In this document: positions 11,164 to 24,058 of the stretch, piece by piece
Layout: every line of letters starts with the position of its first letter
How positions within the stretch are numbered: the stretch's first letter is position 1
Assembly (NCBI GenBank): GCA_026023565.1
Contig: JAPETS010000038.1
Span: forward strand, 62,001-126,000
DNA from: Cirrosporium novae-zelandiae
Taxonomy: Eukaryota
DNA: 64,000 nt
Direction: 5' to 3'
Made by a program: the position numbers and the translations under genes
Notes under the pieces: generated by a model
Seen by the model: only the letters and a program-made list of their open reading frames with translations
The model's database searches: none
What the model was told of the DNA's origin: nothing

Positions 11164-13814
11164 GATAGCGAAATATTTCGATCGAAAACGTCGTATTCAG
11201 AGCTTGATGTGTTGGCAAAGATTCGGTTTGCCGAAGAGGTACTATTGAAGTCAGTGAGATGAGTTAAGGTCCCGACAATGTCTGAGATATAGACTCACCA
11301 GAATATCGAGCTAGAGGTAAAGAACTTGGCTGCGAGTGAAAAGGATAATGGCGAATGTCGATGAAGATGAGAAGAGGTAAGGTAAAGGAAGAAGATATTC
11401 GAAGTGGATGAAAGGATAGTGAGACGAGCGAACAGTGAAACGAGACAACGAATGAGTTGTAGTTTGCTTCGAATCACTTGTAAGAAAAAAATCTTAGTAG
11501 GATTGAGAGACACTCTTGCTCTTAGATGTGATGGGTCAGAGAAATTCTTTGCACATACTTTACATTAATAGCGCTTCCATATATTTCTCGCTTTATCTCT
11601 CTAGTGAGATAGAATAGAAAACACAGCAAACATGAAAAACAAATCTATCAAACCAATACTATTGTGATTTTTATTTGATATGTACAAAATGAACAATAGA
11701 CTTGGTCGCCTAGGAAGCTGAATACCAATGATTTCGAATTGTATGACTCAGTCTCTTTCTTCCATGGAACAGGCTGGGACAAGAGGTTACGTGAGAGTTC
11801 CAGCTCGTGAAAAAGGGGAACTTGATAATGAGACTAGCATAGAGACAATACCAAGCCAATCTGGCTTCACCTCCATACTACATATAATGAGAGTGGTGAC
11901 GGAGAGGACAGAGATAAGAAAAGGGTTGAAAATACTCAAATTAAGAATAAAAATAAATTTGCTTGATACCGACAACTCTCTCTTCGGGTTGCCGCCGATT
12001 TAGCCAATGGATTTTTGTAACAAAATAATATAAACTCCAAGTCCTTTAGAGCAACAGGGTCTCTCTAAAAGCCAGTTAGGTATGTGCTAGCAAATATCCG
12101 TTGAACAAAGGAAATAAATATGGTGCATAACATTGAACATACTGAAGATGAACTAATTTGCACCAAAGTAGTCACTTTAGAACCATGAGTTTTCCCCGCT
12201 TATTAGGGGTTCTCGTCTCTTTCGTATCGATCATTTTTATTCCCATCTTTCAGAAATAGCAGGCAAAAAATTCGTTCCATAATAGTTGTATCTAGAGGGA
12301 TCGCCATACCTTCACTACCTTCAGGCCAAGTTCCAGATCTAGCAAGATAGATGAAGCAGGTGAAGTTGCTTTCCTTTGTTAGAATAAGTACATCATAGAT
12401 GTTGAGGCCCACTAATTTGAAAACAGAATATGGCACCATATCAAAGTCCCTTGATAGTTAATGACAAGCAATTTTCTATGCTTTCAAGAGTATGAAGAGG
12501 AAGATACGTGTAAAGATTTCACGATAAGGACCTCTGATCATGACCTTAGGTGATTCGGTCACTGCCTGACTGGTGTGATACAGATAGACCCTTCTTGGGT
12601 CCACAGTACACCAGATACCGAGAATAGCGGGGCGAGAAATATGGAGATTATAAATCAAGATGAATCGATGCTTTTCTGTAATTTCTAAGATCTCATATTC
12701 TTGCTTCAGTTATAGAAAATCGCTCGACGGTGATAACGTACAACCACGTCTTTATTGCTGATCCGTGCCATCCTATAAAAAGGTTATTTTGACTACATCC
12801 ACATCAGGCCAGCCTAGTCTAATCTACTCTTTCTCCTAGTCAGCATGACATTTAAACTTTTCATAGGACCCCAATGGATTTCGAATTTATGTATTTCCTT
12901 GATTATATTAAAAGATTCATTCGTGTTATAATAAAGTGAAGAGAGGTTCGGGCGATAGGTTTGATAATACCAACATTCAAACAAACAAGTTTAACCATTT
13001 ATGTATTATCCAACAGTATCTATTCAAGACAATCCTCCGGCTCATAAATATAAGAACAAAGAACTGCCTGCACCTGGTAATCACTGGTGGTCACTGGTGG
13101 TCATTGGTGATATAATGTTGTGGTATGCATTGACGTTTAGATTCAAGAAATAGACTAGGCTTACTGCGTAGATGTTGGTCCCCCTTAGCTACAGACCAGG
13201 CACGTGCCAGGGCCAGATTATGTATTTTACTTACAGCTACCAAACTAAATTAGAGCTCTGAAGTTGATAGCAACTACAGTAATATGAATAATAACTACTA
13301 TCCCTTTATCAATTTTTTTCAAAGTAGGAATTGGTTAACATCCTAGATACGAAGTCCGTCAAATCTAAAGTCGAAGAACAGTTGGAGCAAATGTGATAAG
13401 ATAATTAGCCTATCTTTCTTCTCCTCCTTTTGAATTTCATTGTGTCCATCTCTTTGTTTCCGATGCATAGGGCTTTTTCATATTCAACAAAGCACTCCTT
13501 GTTGTCGTAGAATGTCATGAAAGGCCCACTAGGGTCGTCTATTTTGAGTCTTTGTTCCTCCCTTTCATATGAAACAACCTTTGAGAATATTTCAATAAAA
13601 ACTCTACCATCCCCTAAGCTGCCTGATAGTCTGCTTGCTCAATTACAGTCAATTTATCAATTTATATACCTTAATTTTCACATTTTGCCCGGACACTTTG
13701 AAGAATGAACTGAAATTTAATCGTCAACATCTACTACCTTTATATAAACTCTCTTCCAGATCATTACATTGAGGTTTGTTTCATCAGACTCTGTCGTTTC
13801 CATATATAGATAAC

Positions 13815-14774
13815 ATGGCTAAATCAAAGAACAAGAACGGGAACAGAAACAAACAGAACAACAACAACAACGTCAACCAAAAGGCTCCTTGCAGATGGGA
13901 TCCTAGCTGCAACAGAATCGACTGTGAATTTTCCCATCCCAGGCGAAACACCAGCAAAGACAACAGAATCCAGAAGCACAGAAACGACCAAGCAAACAGC
14001 AGAAATTGCAACCATACTGCTGCCCTCCACCGTGCTCTCAATGATCTCCAAGAAGCTGCCAGCAAGACCAATAAGTGCATTTACGATTGCACTACAGCAT
14101 TAAATGAAATCCTCTTCGATCCAATGGACTGGGAGCCCACGTGGAAATACAACCCTTCTGCCGCTGCCCGGCTCAATAACACCTGGGCTCCGCAACCAAA
14201 CAACTATCCTCAGACGATGGAGATAGACTATCAGGATGGAATCGAGAATTGGGGAAAAAGGAATCGTCAAAATGGGAGACAGGAGAAAAACAAGTGGAAT
14301 AATAACGCTAATAATAACTGTGACATACAGAACAAACAGAACAATCAGAACAACCAGGGTCCTCAAAATCAAAAGAATGATCAGCATATTCAGAACCAGA
14401 ATCAGAGAAACCACAACCAGAATCCCATCCAACAAAACAACACCACCCAAGTCCTAAAGAAGCAAACACCCTGTCACTACGACCCCAACTGCAACCGATC
14501 TCATTGCCAATACACACATCCCAAGCGGGACAAACAGAACATGAAAAATGCCAATGGCAATAGAAACCAAAACCATAACCAAAACAACAACAGCATGCGG
14601 GACAAAAACAACCTCAACAGCAATCAAAATGCTAATCGCAATAACAACAAGAAGAATAATAACAGAAACCAGAACACCATACAAAACTCCAACCACCCAA
14701 ACAACAACGGTCTTGGTTTTAGCCCCAAGAATCACAGGAAGCTTCCCCCGAAGCTGCAGTACATAAATGCTTAA
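13815..14774 (+). CDS. N/Q-rich protein with two C-x5-C-x4-C-x3-H (Nab2-type spacing) zinc fingers
   Basis: CRWDPSCNRIDCEFSHP and CHYDPNCNRSHCQYTHP within Asn/Gln-rich tracts. ATG at 13815, TATATAAA near 13741, intronless. Confidence 0.8.
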   Translation: MAKSKNKNGNRNKQNNNNNVNQKAPCRWDPSCNRIDCEFSHPRRNTSKDNRIQKHRNDQANSRNCNHTAALHRALNDLQEAASKTNKCIYDCTTALNEILFDPMDWEPTWKYNPSAAARLNNTWAPQPNNYPQTMEIDYQDGIENWGKRNRQNGRQEKNKWNNNANNNCDIQNKQNNQNNQGPQNQKNDQHIQNQNQRNHNQNPIQQNNTTQVLKKQTPCHYDPNCNRSHCQYTHPKRDKQNMKNANGNRNQNHNQNNNSMRDKNNLNSNQNANRNNNKKNNNRNQNTIQNSNHPNNNGLGFSPKNHRKLPPKLQYINA

Positions 14775-15424
14775 AAGCGATGGTGATGTTCTCCAAGAGA
14801 AGGGATGACCCACTTGTAAATTACTAGAGGCGTGTGCATAATTTCGCTTTCTCTCTCCTATTTCTCCTCGCCCTCTCCCGTGCATTTGTTGTTGATAATA
14901 ATGTTTATGATATTGATTATTGCATCGCATTTATTTTTTTTCTGTTTACCATTGTATATAATCTCCCTCCCTCTCATTATCATCATGAATTATGACATAA
15001 GCGACATAGATGATGTGAATTTAAATATTTTCTGAAAAAAATAAAAATAAAATAAAATTCTCTTTGATGTTTTTTCTTTCTTTGTTTGTTTTATGTAGCG
15101 ACGTAGCTATTCTAGGTGGGTAGGTAGGTTGTAATAAGTAAAGGTCCGTTGGATCTGTCCTATAATATGCATTCACTTTCTGGTTATAGAGTCTGATGCG
15201 TGGTAAGTATTGGTACCACTATTTAGAGGGAACAAAGAGTCCCCAAAGTGGGCATCTCACTTCTTTGGTCTCAAGATGAGGCAATGGTTATAAATCCAAT
15301 CACACGTTTTTTTTTTTTTGAAATATGAAAGTACAATAATATACTATGTGTAGTGGGCGGGGGGGTATACACACACAACCAGTATACACTCAAACCTGCC
15401 TTTAACATTCCATCCATCCACCAC

Positions 15425-17027
15425 CTATTCCGCATCCTTCCTCATCGTCTCGTACCTCTTCCCTCTGAAAGCCCAAACGCCCCAGTTCCCAGCACTCACA
15501 TCGCCAGGGTCCAAATCATTGATCTCCCATCTCAGACTCCTGAATCTGTTTTCCCCAGGCTCCAACAACATATCCACCTCCCCGCCAACCTTCTCCTGCA
15601 CCCATTGCCAGTCCCGCTTCATGTCCCACTCGGTATAGCCCGTACAGATGATGGGGATTTTAGTCTCGAGGAGATTAGGGATGGTGGCGCTCCACTCGTG
15701 CGCGCTAGCCGGATGGCCTAGGCCAGGGTGGAAGAGGATGAAGGCATCGAAGTAGGGGTCAAAGGGCTCGAAGACCTTGGCTTCGTGCAACGTGTGGTAG
15801 TAGTCCACGTACGTGGATATCTTCATGTGGGGGTGCACTCGGTCTTCGACGATGGCGCCGAAGGGGTTGGATGCTGTTCGCTCTGGGAGTGGCCATTCGG
15901 CGTCGCGGTTGGCCATGGCTTCGGGGCCGATGAAGATTAGGTGGAAGGTTGTGTCTCCGAACATGTAGTTCAGTTGCGTCCAGATGTTGCGGGGGAGGGA
16001 GGATTCGGCACGTGCTCCAAGGATGAAGAGGCGGGAGGGGGGGGACGCAATGCGGAGACCACGGATTCCGGGGCCCGCGCCCGTTTTGGGAGGGTGGAGG
16101 GTATAACGGAGAGCTAGGGGGGGGGGGGTATTATTACAGGGTTTTGGGGAGAGGATGGAGGGGAGATTTACCGCTTAAACTTTTCAGGCCTTCGGTGGTG
16201 AGTCGATTGCGGAGGTTGTAAGGGCTCAGTTCGTGAAGGACGCTGCCGATGGTGACGGGGTAGGTCAACATCCTCGTCACTTGTCGCATGCTTCGGGTGT
16301 CGTTGATTGCTTTGAAGTCTCTGGTATATAAAAATGTATCCCAATTGGTCATATTAATCATGGATTCGTATATCTGCTCCTCCGGATATTCAAACTCTGG
16401 GAAAAACCGCCCAGATCTCAGATCATGGTCATCCTCATTGATTTCTCGTAGCCGATCACAGATCTCTATGTGGTTCTCGTAGTCATCAGCCCAGTGCTCT
16501 TCACTGCAATAAACCGGTATGCCACAATCCGGACATTCAAACGATACATGCACTGGAGGCTGTGAGCCTGTTTTACGGGCTTCGGGGTCATTAGGAGATT
16601 CCACTATTCGGGTCTGCCGATGCGATGGATGGGGGCAATATGCATGTTGCTTTATGAATGCGGCGCGCTTTCGAATTTCTGGAGAGGGTGATTGACTGAA
16701 CGGATGGAAGAGATTGTTTGGTCGAAGGAGCGGATTCACGCGGGGTTCGAGAACAGAGCGCTGGGAAAGGCCTGGAAGTGTTTGGGCCTCCCCAGGTTCA
16801 TCGCGGGTAGTTTGTCCGAGGGTGGAAGATGCGCGAGTGTTCTTCAGCTGGGAGAGAGGACGGTTGGAGGGGTTAGAGCTGGGGTCGTGAAGGTGTTGAT
16901 GGTAGGTACTTGATGCGAAACATCTTGAAGGATGGGAGCGGAGGCAGAACTGTTCTGCAGTGAGGTTCCGCCTCAATCCTGAGCCAACATTTCGGACGCA
17001 GCGACGGCAGGTATTTCCAGCTTGCAT
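15425..17027 (-). CDS. MSS51: Mitochondrial COX1 translational activator/assembly factor Mss51
   Basis: CPDCGIPVYCSEEHW..D...H...C..LREINEDDHDLRSGRFFPEF zinc-finger region, ILGARAESSLP, LFHPGLGHP and GENRFRS...NWGVWAFRGKRYE. One intron at ~16115-16171. Confidence 0.93.
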
Positions 17028-17830
17028 GTCGCAGGTTGAACTACAATATCAACTAAGAGGGGAGTTGGTGGGAGGGGGACAACGGATTAAGCTTCTTTGT
17101 AATTGCAGAACGTGGAGTGGTAATAAATTTCATAAATGCTAACTCGATATGGATAAACAAACTACATTTTATATTCTTGACCTCTATAGGACGAGTAATC
17201 TTAAAATATATGTCCTCTATTGATTCTCTGGCATCCTGACCACTGCATTAAAACGTTTACTAATAGGCAAAAGATATCTACAAAGGCGGGACGAGGTAAT
17301 CGTACGAGGGGTGTGAATACTCCCCCATGGCTTGTTCATACTGACATCTCGAGTCTCAAATAGTTTTATGAAATGATTTCTCTTCCTTTATATGTGAAGT
17401 CTTCTAATCGGAAATAAATAGTATCAAATCATCTCCATCATGATATTTTGAGGTGATGGGTCATTGCTGAAGTTGAAGGCAGTAGGCCAGATTGTTTGCA
17501 TTGTTTGATTAGGACTACTACGAGCTTCCAGTTTGCCGTTGTCGCATTCACATTGGAGTCCACATCCTAAATCAAAACTTTCAACCCAACCACCACCTCC
17601 ATAAATAATAATCTCTCAGCTTTTCATACTAGTTCTTTCTCCACCCAGATACAGTGGAGCTTCTCATTAGCTATTTTGAATTTATACAAGAACTGGCTTA
17701 ATTTAAATCATTGAGTACTCATTGATCACTTTATCCTAAATCTCCCCTCTCCGACTATCGTTTTCCCTGCCTCGACCTTGACCTACAAATAATTGAGAGC
17801 TAGGCCCTTCGAGGCTCACTCTCCTTCAAC

Positions 17831-20800
17831 ATGGCGACCACATCTTCCATGTTCCTATACTCCTTAACAATCCAACCTCCTACAGCTATCACCCAAGCTA
17901 TACTTGGACAATTCGCCGGTACAAAAGAGCAGCAGATTGTCACCGCATCAGGATCGCGTCTTACCATTCATAGGCCCGACCCTACTCAGGGCAATATAAA
18001 AACGATACATTCGCATGATGTTTTCGGTGTAATAAGAACCTTGGCCGCGTTTAGGCTTGCCGGAAGCACTAAAGGTATGTTTAATTCCCATATTCGTTTT
18101 TGAGTAACACTTAGTGATTTGTGATATGTGGTGGGCAGCGCGAACATCTGCGTTGTTTTTAGGCTGAACGACAATTTTGCTGTATAGGCAGATTGGAAAA
18201 GCTGAAAGGATATGGCTAACTTGATTTTAAAGATTATATTATCATCGGTTCAGATTCCGGGCGCATAACCATTGTTGAGTATGTACCCGCGAAGAACAAA
18301 TTCAACCGAATACACCTTGAGACATTCGGAAAATCTGGTGTCCGACGTGTCATTCCTGGACAGTTCCTTGCTGTTGATCCGAAAGGACGAGCATGTCTTA
18401 TTGCTTCGGTCGAAAAGAATAAGCTTGTCTACGTGTTGAACCGCAATGCACAGGCAGAGTTGACTATATCTTCACCTTTAGAAGCACACCGGCCTCAAAC
18501 ATTAGTGTTTGCTCTAACAGCCCTCGATGCTGGATATGACAATCCAGTATTTGCGGCCTTGGAGGTTGACTACACTGAATCTGACCAAGATCCGACGGGG
18601 AAAGCTTTCGAGGAGATAGAAAAACAACTGGTGTACTATGAACTAGATCTTGGCCTGAACCACGTTGTCCGAAAATGGGCAGATCCTGTGGATCGAACTG
18701 CGAATATGCTTTTTCAAGTGCCTGGTGGTTCAGATGGCCCCAGTGGAGTTTTGGTTTGCGCTGAAGATAACATTACGTATCGACATTCAAACCAAGATGC
18801 TTTTCGGGTACCCATTCCCCGACGACGTGGAGTGACCGAAAATCCTGAACGGAAGCGGATCATCACTGCTGGTGTCATGCACAAGATGAGAGGCGCATTC
18901 TTCTTTTTGTTGCAAACAGAAGATGGGGACCTCTTTAAGGTTACGATTGATATGGTCGAAGACGACAATGGCGAGCCAACTGGTGAGGTGCGTAGGCTAA
19001 AAATCAAATACTTTGACACCGTTCCAATCGCTACCAGCCTTTGCATTCTGAAGAGTGGATTTTTATTTGTCGCTGCTGAGAATGGAAACCACCATTTCTA
19101 CCAGTTCGAAAAACTTGGTGATGACGATGAAGAGATCGAATTTGATAGCGACTCGTACCCAGCAGATCCTACTGAACCATACGCCGCAGCATACTTTTAT
19201 GCAAGGCCTGCTGAAAATATAAGTTTGGTCCAAAGCATTGATTCTCTAAACCCAATGCTTGACTGCAAGGTCCTTAACTTGACAGATGGAGATGCTCCCC
19301 AAATTTACTCAATATGTGGTAATGGGGCGAGAAGCACTTTTAGAACTCTGAAGCATGGTCTCGAAGTTTCAGAAATTGTCGAGTCCGAATTGCCAAGTGT
19401 TCCAACAGCGGTATGGACAACCAAGAAGACCCAAAATGACCAGTACGATGCCTATATTATTCTTTCATTCTCAAATGGGACGCTTGTTCTAAGCATAGGT
19501 GAGACTGTCGAAGAAGTTACGGATACTGGATTCTTGTCTTCGGCGGCAACATTAGCTGTTCAGCAAGTTGGTGAAGATGCCCTAATACAAGTCCATCCCC
19601 GAGGCATACGGCATATTCAAGCCGGTGGACGAGTGAACGAATGGCCAGCGCCAACACATCGGACGATAGTTGCGGCCACAACCAACGAACGGCAAGTGGC
19701 CATCGCGCTGAGCTCAGGAGAAATCGTGTACTTTGAAATGGACACGGATGGCTCATTGGCTGAGTATGACGAGAAACGGGAAATGACTGGCACCGTTACT
19801 TGCCTCAGTCTTGGAGATGTCCCTGAAGGTCGAATGCGCAGTCAGTTTCTTGCTGTCGGCTGTGATGACTCGACTGTTCGAATTTTGAGTTTGGATCCTG
19901 ATTCATGCCTCGAAAGCAAATCTGTTCAAGCTCTGAGTGCTGCACCATCTGCCCTTTCGATTATGTCAATGATTGATACAACATCCGGAGGCTCCACTCT
20001 CTACCTGCACATTGGACTTTATAACGGACTCTATTTACGGACCGTGCTAGATGAAATTACCGGTGAACTTTCCGATACTCGACTCCGGTTTTTGGGAACA
20101 AGGCAGGTCAAACTCTCCAAGGTCTCTGTGAAGGGGCAAGCCTCTGTCCTAGCCTTGAGCTCCCGACCGTGGCTAGGGTATTCAGACCTTCAAACCAAGG
20201 CTTTCATGCTTACACCATTGGATTATGCTGCCTTGGAATGGGGTTGGAATTTCAGCAGCGAACAATGCCTAGAAGGGATGGTCGGAATCCAAGAGCAGAA
20301 CCTTCGGTACGTACTTCTCTAGATTTCTTCTCTTTTCCTAAATGATGAACACATAACTATGCTCTTTCCGATGTCAATTTGACAATGCGGAAGCAAAAAT
20401 ACTTACTCCAATTGTTCCTACTGAAATTAGGATTCTCACCCATTATTATTTTCTATTTCATACTCTATAACCAATGCTAATTTGAGTGGCTAGGATTTTC
20501 ACCATTGAGAAATTAGACAATAACTTACTCCAGCAATCAATCCCTCTCCAATATACACCCCGCCATTTTGTTCGACATCCGGAAAACTCTTTGTTCTACG
20601 TGATTGAGGCAGAAAACAACGTGCTCTCACCAGCGACCCAGAAGAAACTTCTAGATGAGACTCCAGCTGTCAACGGCGATGGAGTACAGCTGCCATCAGC
20701 AGAATTTGGCTATCCACGCGGAACTGGCCACTGGGCTTCCTGTATTGAAGTAGTTGACCCAATCGAAAAAAAGGAAATTATTTCAAAAATTGAACTGGAG

Positions 20801-21875
20801 GAGAATGAGGCAGCTGTCAGCATTGCGGCTGTATCTTTCTCCAGCCAAGATGATGAAACCTTCCTTGTCGTCGGTACAGGAAAAGACATGGTCGTCAGCC
20901 CTCGCTCCTTTTCAGGTGGCTTCATCCACGTTTATCGTTTCCAAGAAGGTGGTAAAGAGCTCGAGTTTATCCACAAAACCAAAGTGGAAGAACCACCTAT
21001 GGCTCTCCTTGGATTCCAAGGTCGACTCCTGGCAGGCATAGGATCCGATCTCCGAATTTACGACCTCGGCATGCGTCAACTTCTTCGAAAATGCCAGGCG
21101 GAAGTCGTACCTAACCTCATAATAGGGCTACAAACCCAAGGCAGTCGTATAATCGTCAGCGATGTCCAGGAAAGCGTCTTTTATGTAGTCTACAAATTTC
21201 AAGAAAATAAGCTGATTCCATTTGTTGACGATGTGATTGCAAGATGGACCACAGCTACTACCATGGTTGATTACGAATCTGTCGCCGGTGGAGACAAATT
21301 TGGCAACCTCTGGCTCGTCCGATGCCCTCAAAAGGCATCCGAAGAGGCCGACGAGGAAGGTTCAGGCGCACATCTAATTCACGAGCGCCAATATCTGCAA
21401 GGGGCGCCCAATCGTCTTGCTTTGCTGTCCCACTTTTATGCCCAGGATATCCCAGTTGCCATACAGAAAGCCTCTCTTGTTGCTGGTGGGAAAGACGTCA
21501 TGTTCTGGGCTGGTTTCCAGGGCACACTCGGAATACTAGTCCCCTTCGAAGACCGTGCGGATGTCGACTTCTTCCAGAATCTAGAGATGCATATGAGGAG
21601 TGAAGACGCGCCACTAGCAGGAAGAGATCATTTAATTTATCGGAGTTATTATGTGCCTGTCAAAGGGGCTATTGATGGAGATTTGTGCGAACGATATGCA
21701 TACCTACCTATGGAGAAGAAGCAAATGATTGCCGGGGAATTAGAATTGGAGGTTAGGGAAGTGGAGCATAAAATTGCTGTGAGTTTCCCTAAGCTATTTG
21801 AGGTACATACATTGGAGACAGAATATAATGTGCTAACATGGTTTACAGTCAATGAGGACGCGCTGCGCTTACTGA
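17831..21875 (+). CDS. RSE1: U2 snRNP SF3b subunit Rse1 / SF3B3
   Basis: [55 protein letters not shown] and [24 protein letters not shown]. Introns at ~18075-18232, 20307-20492 and 21779-21848. Confidence 0.97.
20336..20432 (+). ncRNA. Intronic box C/D snoRNA, snR41/SNORD62-like guide for 18S rRNA Am541 (yeast numbering)
   Basis: Lies in RSE1 intron 2. Box C ATGATGA at 20342-48, box D CTGA at 20421-24, terminal stem TCCTAA/TTAGGA. Guide TCCAATTGTTCCT is complementary to the conserved 18S sequence AGGAACAATTGGA, and the D+5 rule points to the A after GAGG. Confidence 0.85.
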
Positions 21876-24032
21876 TATGCTGATGAAGATATAGCGAAAA
21901 TGGCAAAAGCGCGGATTTGTATTATAAGTAGTTTTAGTCTGGTGGGGATATGAGAGGAGAAGGGCAAGTGAAATAGTAAGAATATTCCCCAAGTGCGCAT
22001 AAGAATATCAAAATGAATATTGGTCCCCTGTCTTGGCTTCATCCTTCATATACTGTTCTACGTGAAACGTCTCCTGCCACGCTCGATCAGTCCACCTCTT
22101 CCATGTATGATATGGGCCAGGATGCTACGGATTCTTCGGACTCGGCTAGTACGAGACTAGAACAATCTTGGATGGGAATCGACGCTCTTTGAGTACGATT
22201 GCGATCATGCTAGAGGTTGCTGTCGTAATTTAGCTGTCGGTACAGCTTGGTGGACTGTAGATGTGATGGGTGTGTGAGTGCAGGTTTGGTTGGATCATCT
22301 ATGTAGAAGGAACTATGTTTCCTGGTAGCATTAGGGCGGTTGATTGGCGAGGGGTTTCACTATGGAGGTAGAGAAGGGACGTCAGATGTCGAGATCCATG
22401 AGGAGAGGCACTAGGGTATGAAATTTTTTGCATTTCAAATATCTTTGAAAGAAAAACAAATATGCTTAGGTCTAGACCAAAAAATGCATTTGTAAACTGA
22501 TTCGGCAATGGAGGGTTACCAACCCTTGCTAGAACCGCACAATGACAATTATGGGACATCCCTTTGGCCTTATGCACACCACCTTTGGATTTAGCACAGC
22601 AGCCACCTGGAAAAAGTAGGGAAGATGTGATGAATTATGGTGGTCCTGTTATGGCCGGGAGAATGGGAGCTTTTTGACCTTTTGGCCTTTTGGCCTTTTG
22701 ACCTTTTGTCCTTTTGTGCAGTTGAGGCTCGGCGGGTTAGGGCATTAATTAGCGGAAGATTGTCGAGGTTATTTCGGCATATCCGACATCCGATGTCCGA
22801 TGGTCGGAGCAACGGCCGAGGATGGTTCAGTTCACTTGAGCAACAGGCAACGGGCAACGGGCCAACTTGACACGAGTACCACGACATGTCATCTGGCAGC
22901 ATCTGGCAGCATCTGGCACAAGTTGCATCTCGAAACCAATATCCCTTAGAAATGTTTTTGCTTGAAACTGGTCAATCTCAGAAAGCTGAAGCTGTGCAGG
23001 GGAAAAACAGCAATAATGAAGGAATGCTACCATCATGGATGCAAGGGCGTGGTGTAACTGTCACAAGTTTCTAACCAGTCGTCATGTTGGAGCAGATTTT
23101 TGTAGGGCTATCTGTTGCACAAAGTCATGGTTTATCCATAACTCCGAGTGTCACACATTTCAAGGATCGAAAGATATTTCATTAAGGCTATAACTTGGAT
23201 ATGTAGGAGTAGCTGTACAGAAAAAAAAACATGACTGTGCTTCACATCGAGAGTCGGTGACCGATAGGAATATTCATGAGTAATGAGCAACGAAAGGACT
23301 GCTGATGCTGCTGCTGATGATGAGTCAATCAATAATGAGGCTTACAAAAAAGAAGATTTGATGATGGGCTCACGGGCTGTATAGGGTTGAGTTTGACTTT
23401 TTTTTATTTCCTAGATAGATATTGTAACAATGAGAGAGACAGATATTGGTTCATAGTTTAGACTTCCCAAGTACCTTTCCTAGGCCACTCAGGACTGGGA
23501 ATTACTATGACAGGGAACGTTATAGAAGTTGACCGCCGTTTACCTTGGATTTCCTGGATTTCCTGGATTTTCTTGGAGATTCTTTTGGGTCAGGACCTGG
23601 CCATACGGAAATGTAACCGAGAGATAGAATTTGTTTAGAAAAATTATTCCGACAGCTTATCTTTGCTGTTGGTATCCATCGGTATCCATCATCCACCAAA
23701 CAACTTGCCAGCATCAGCCAACATCATCAGCCAGCATCAAGCCAGCAAAGAGATCCCAGGTAATACCAACGACAACGACAACCACCAACCACCAACCACC
23801 AACCACCAACCACCAACCGATATCCAACCAGTCATCCAACCAACACCCTTTCCATAGCTCAACCAAAGCTGGGCAACAATTTGATCTCCCAAAAAAAGCC
23901 TGTCCTCTTCATTTTTTTTGGCTAATCCAAAGCAAACGTCGCCGTCGTTCCACCGAGTCCCTTCCTTATCACCTAGTGCCACCACTTACTACCCACTGCT
24001 CAGTGCTCATTTTTACCTTACTCTTACTCACA

Positions 24033-24058
24033 CCCCCCCCCCCCCCCCCCCCCCCCCC
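24033..24058. repeat. C26 homopolymer tract
   Basis: Read directly from the sequence. Confidence 0.9.

Noticed and set aside
12203..12658. Two same-frame minus-strand short ORFs as a possible pseudogene
   Set aside because: No recognisable motif, and the ORF lengths are within chance expectation.
5134..14774. NLR plus nearby N/Q-rich protein as an amyloid-signalling pair (HET-s/sigma/PP type)
   Set aside because: The NLR has an integrated hydrolase domain with no N-terminal amyloid motif, and the N-rich protein has no HeLo/HELL/SesB effector domain.
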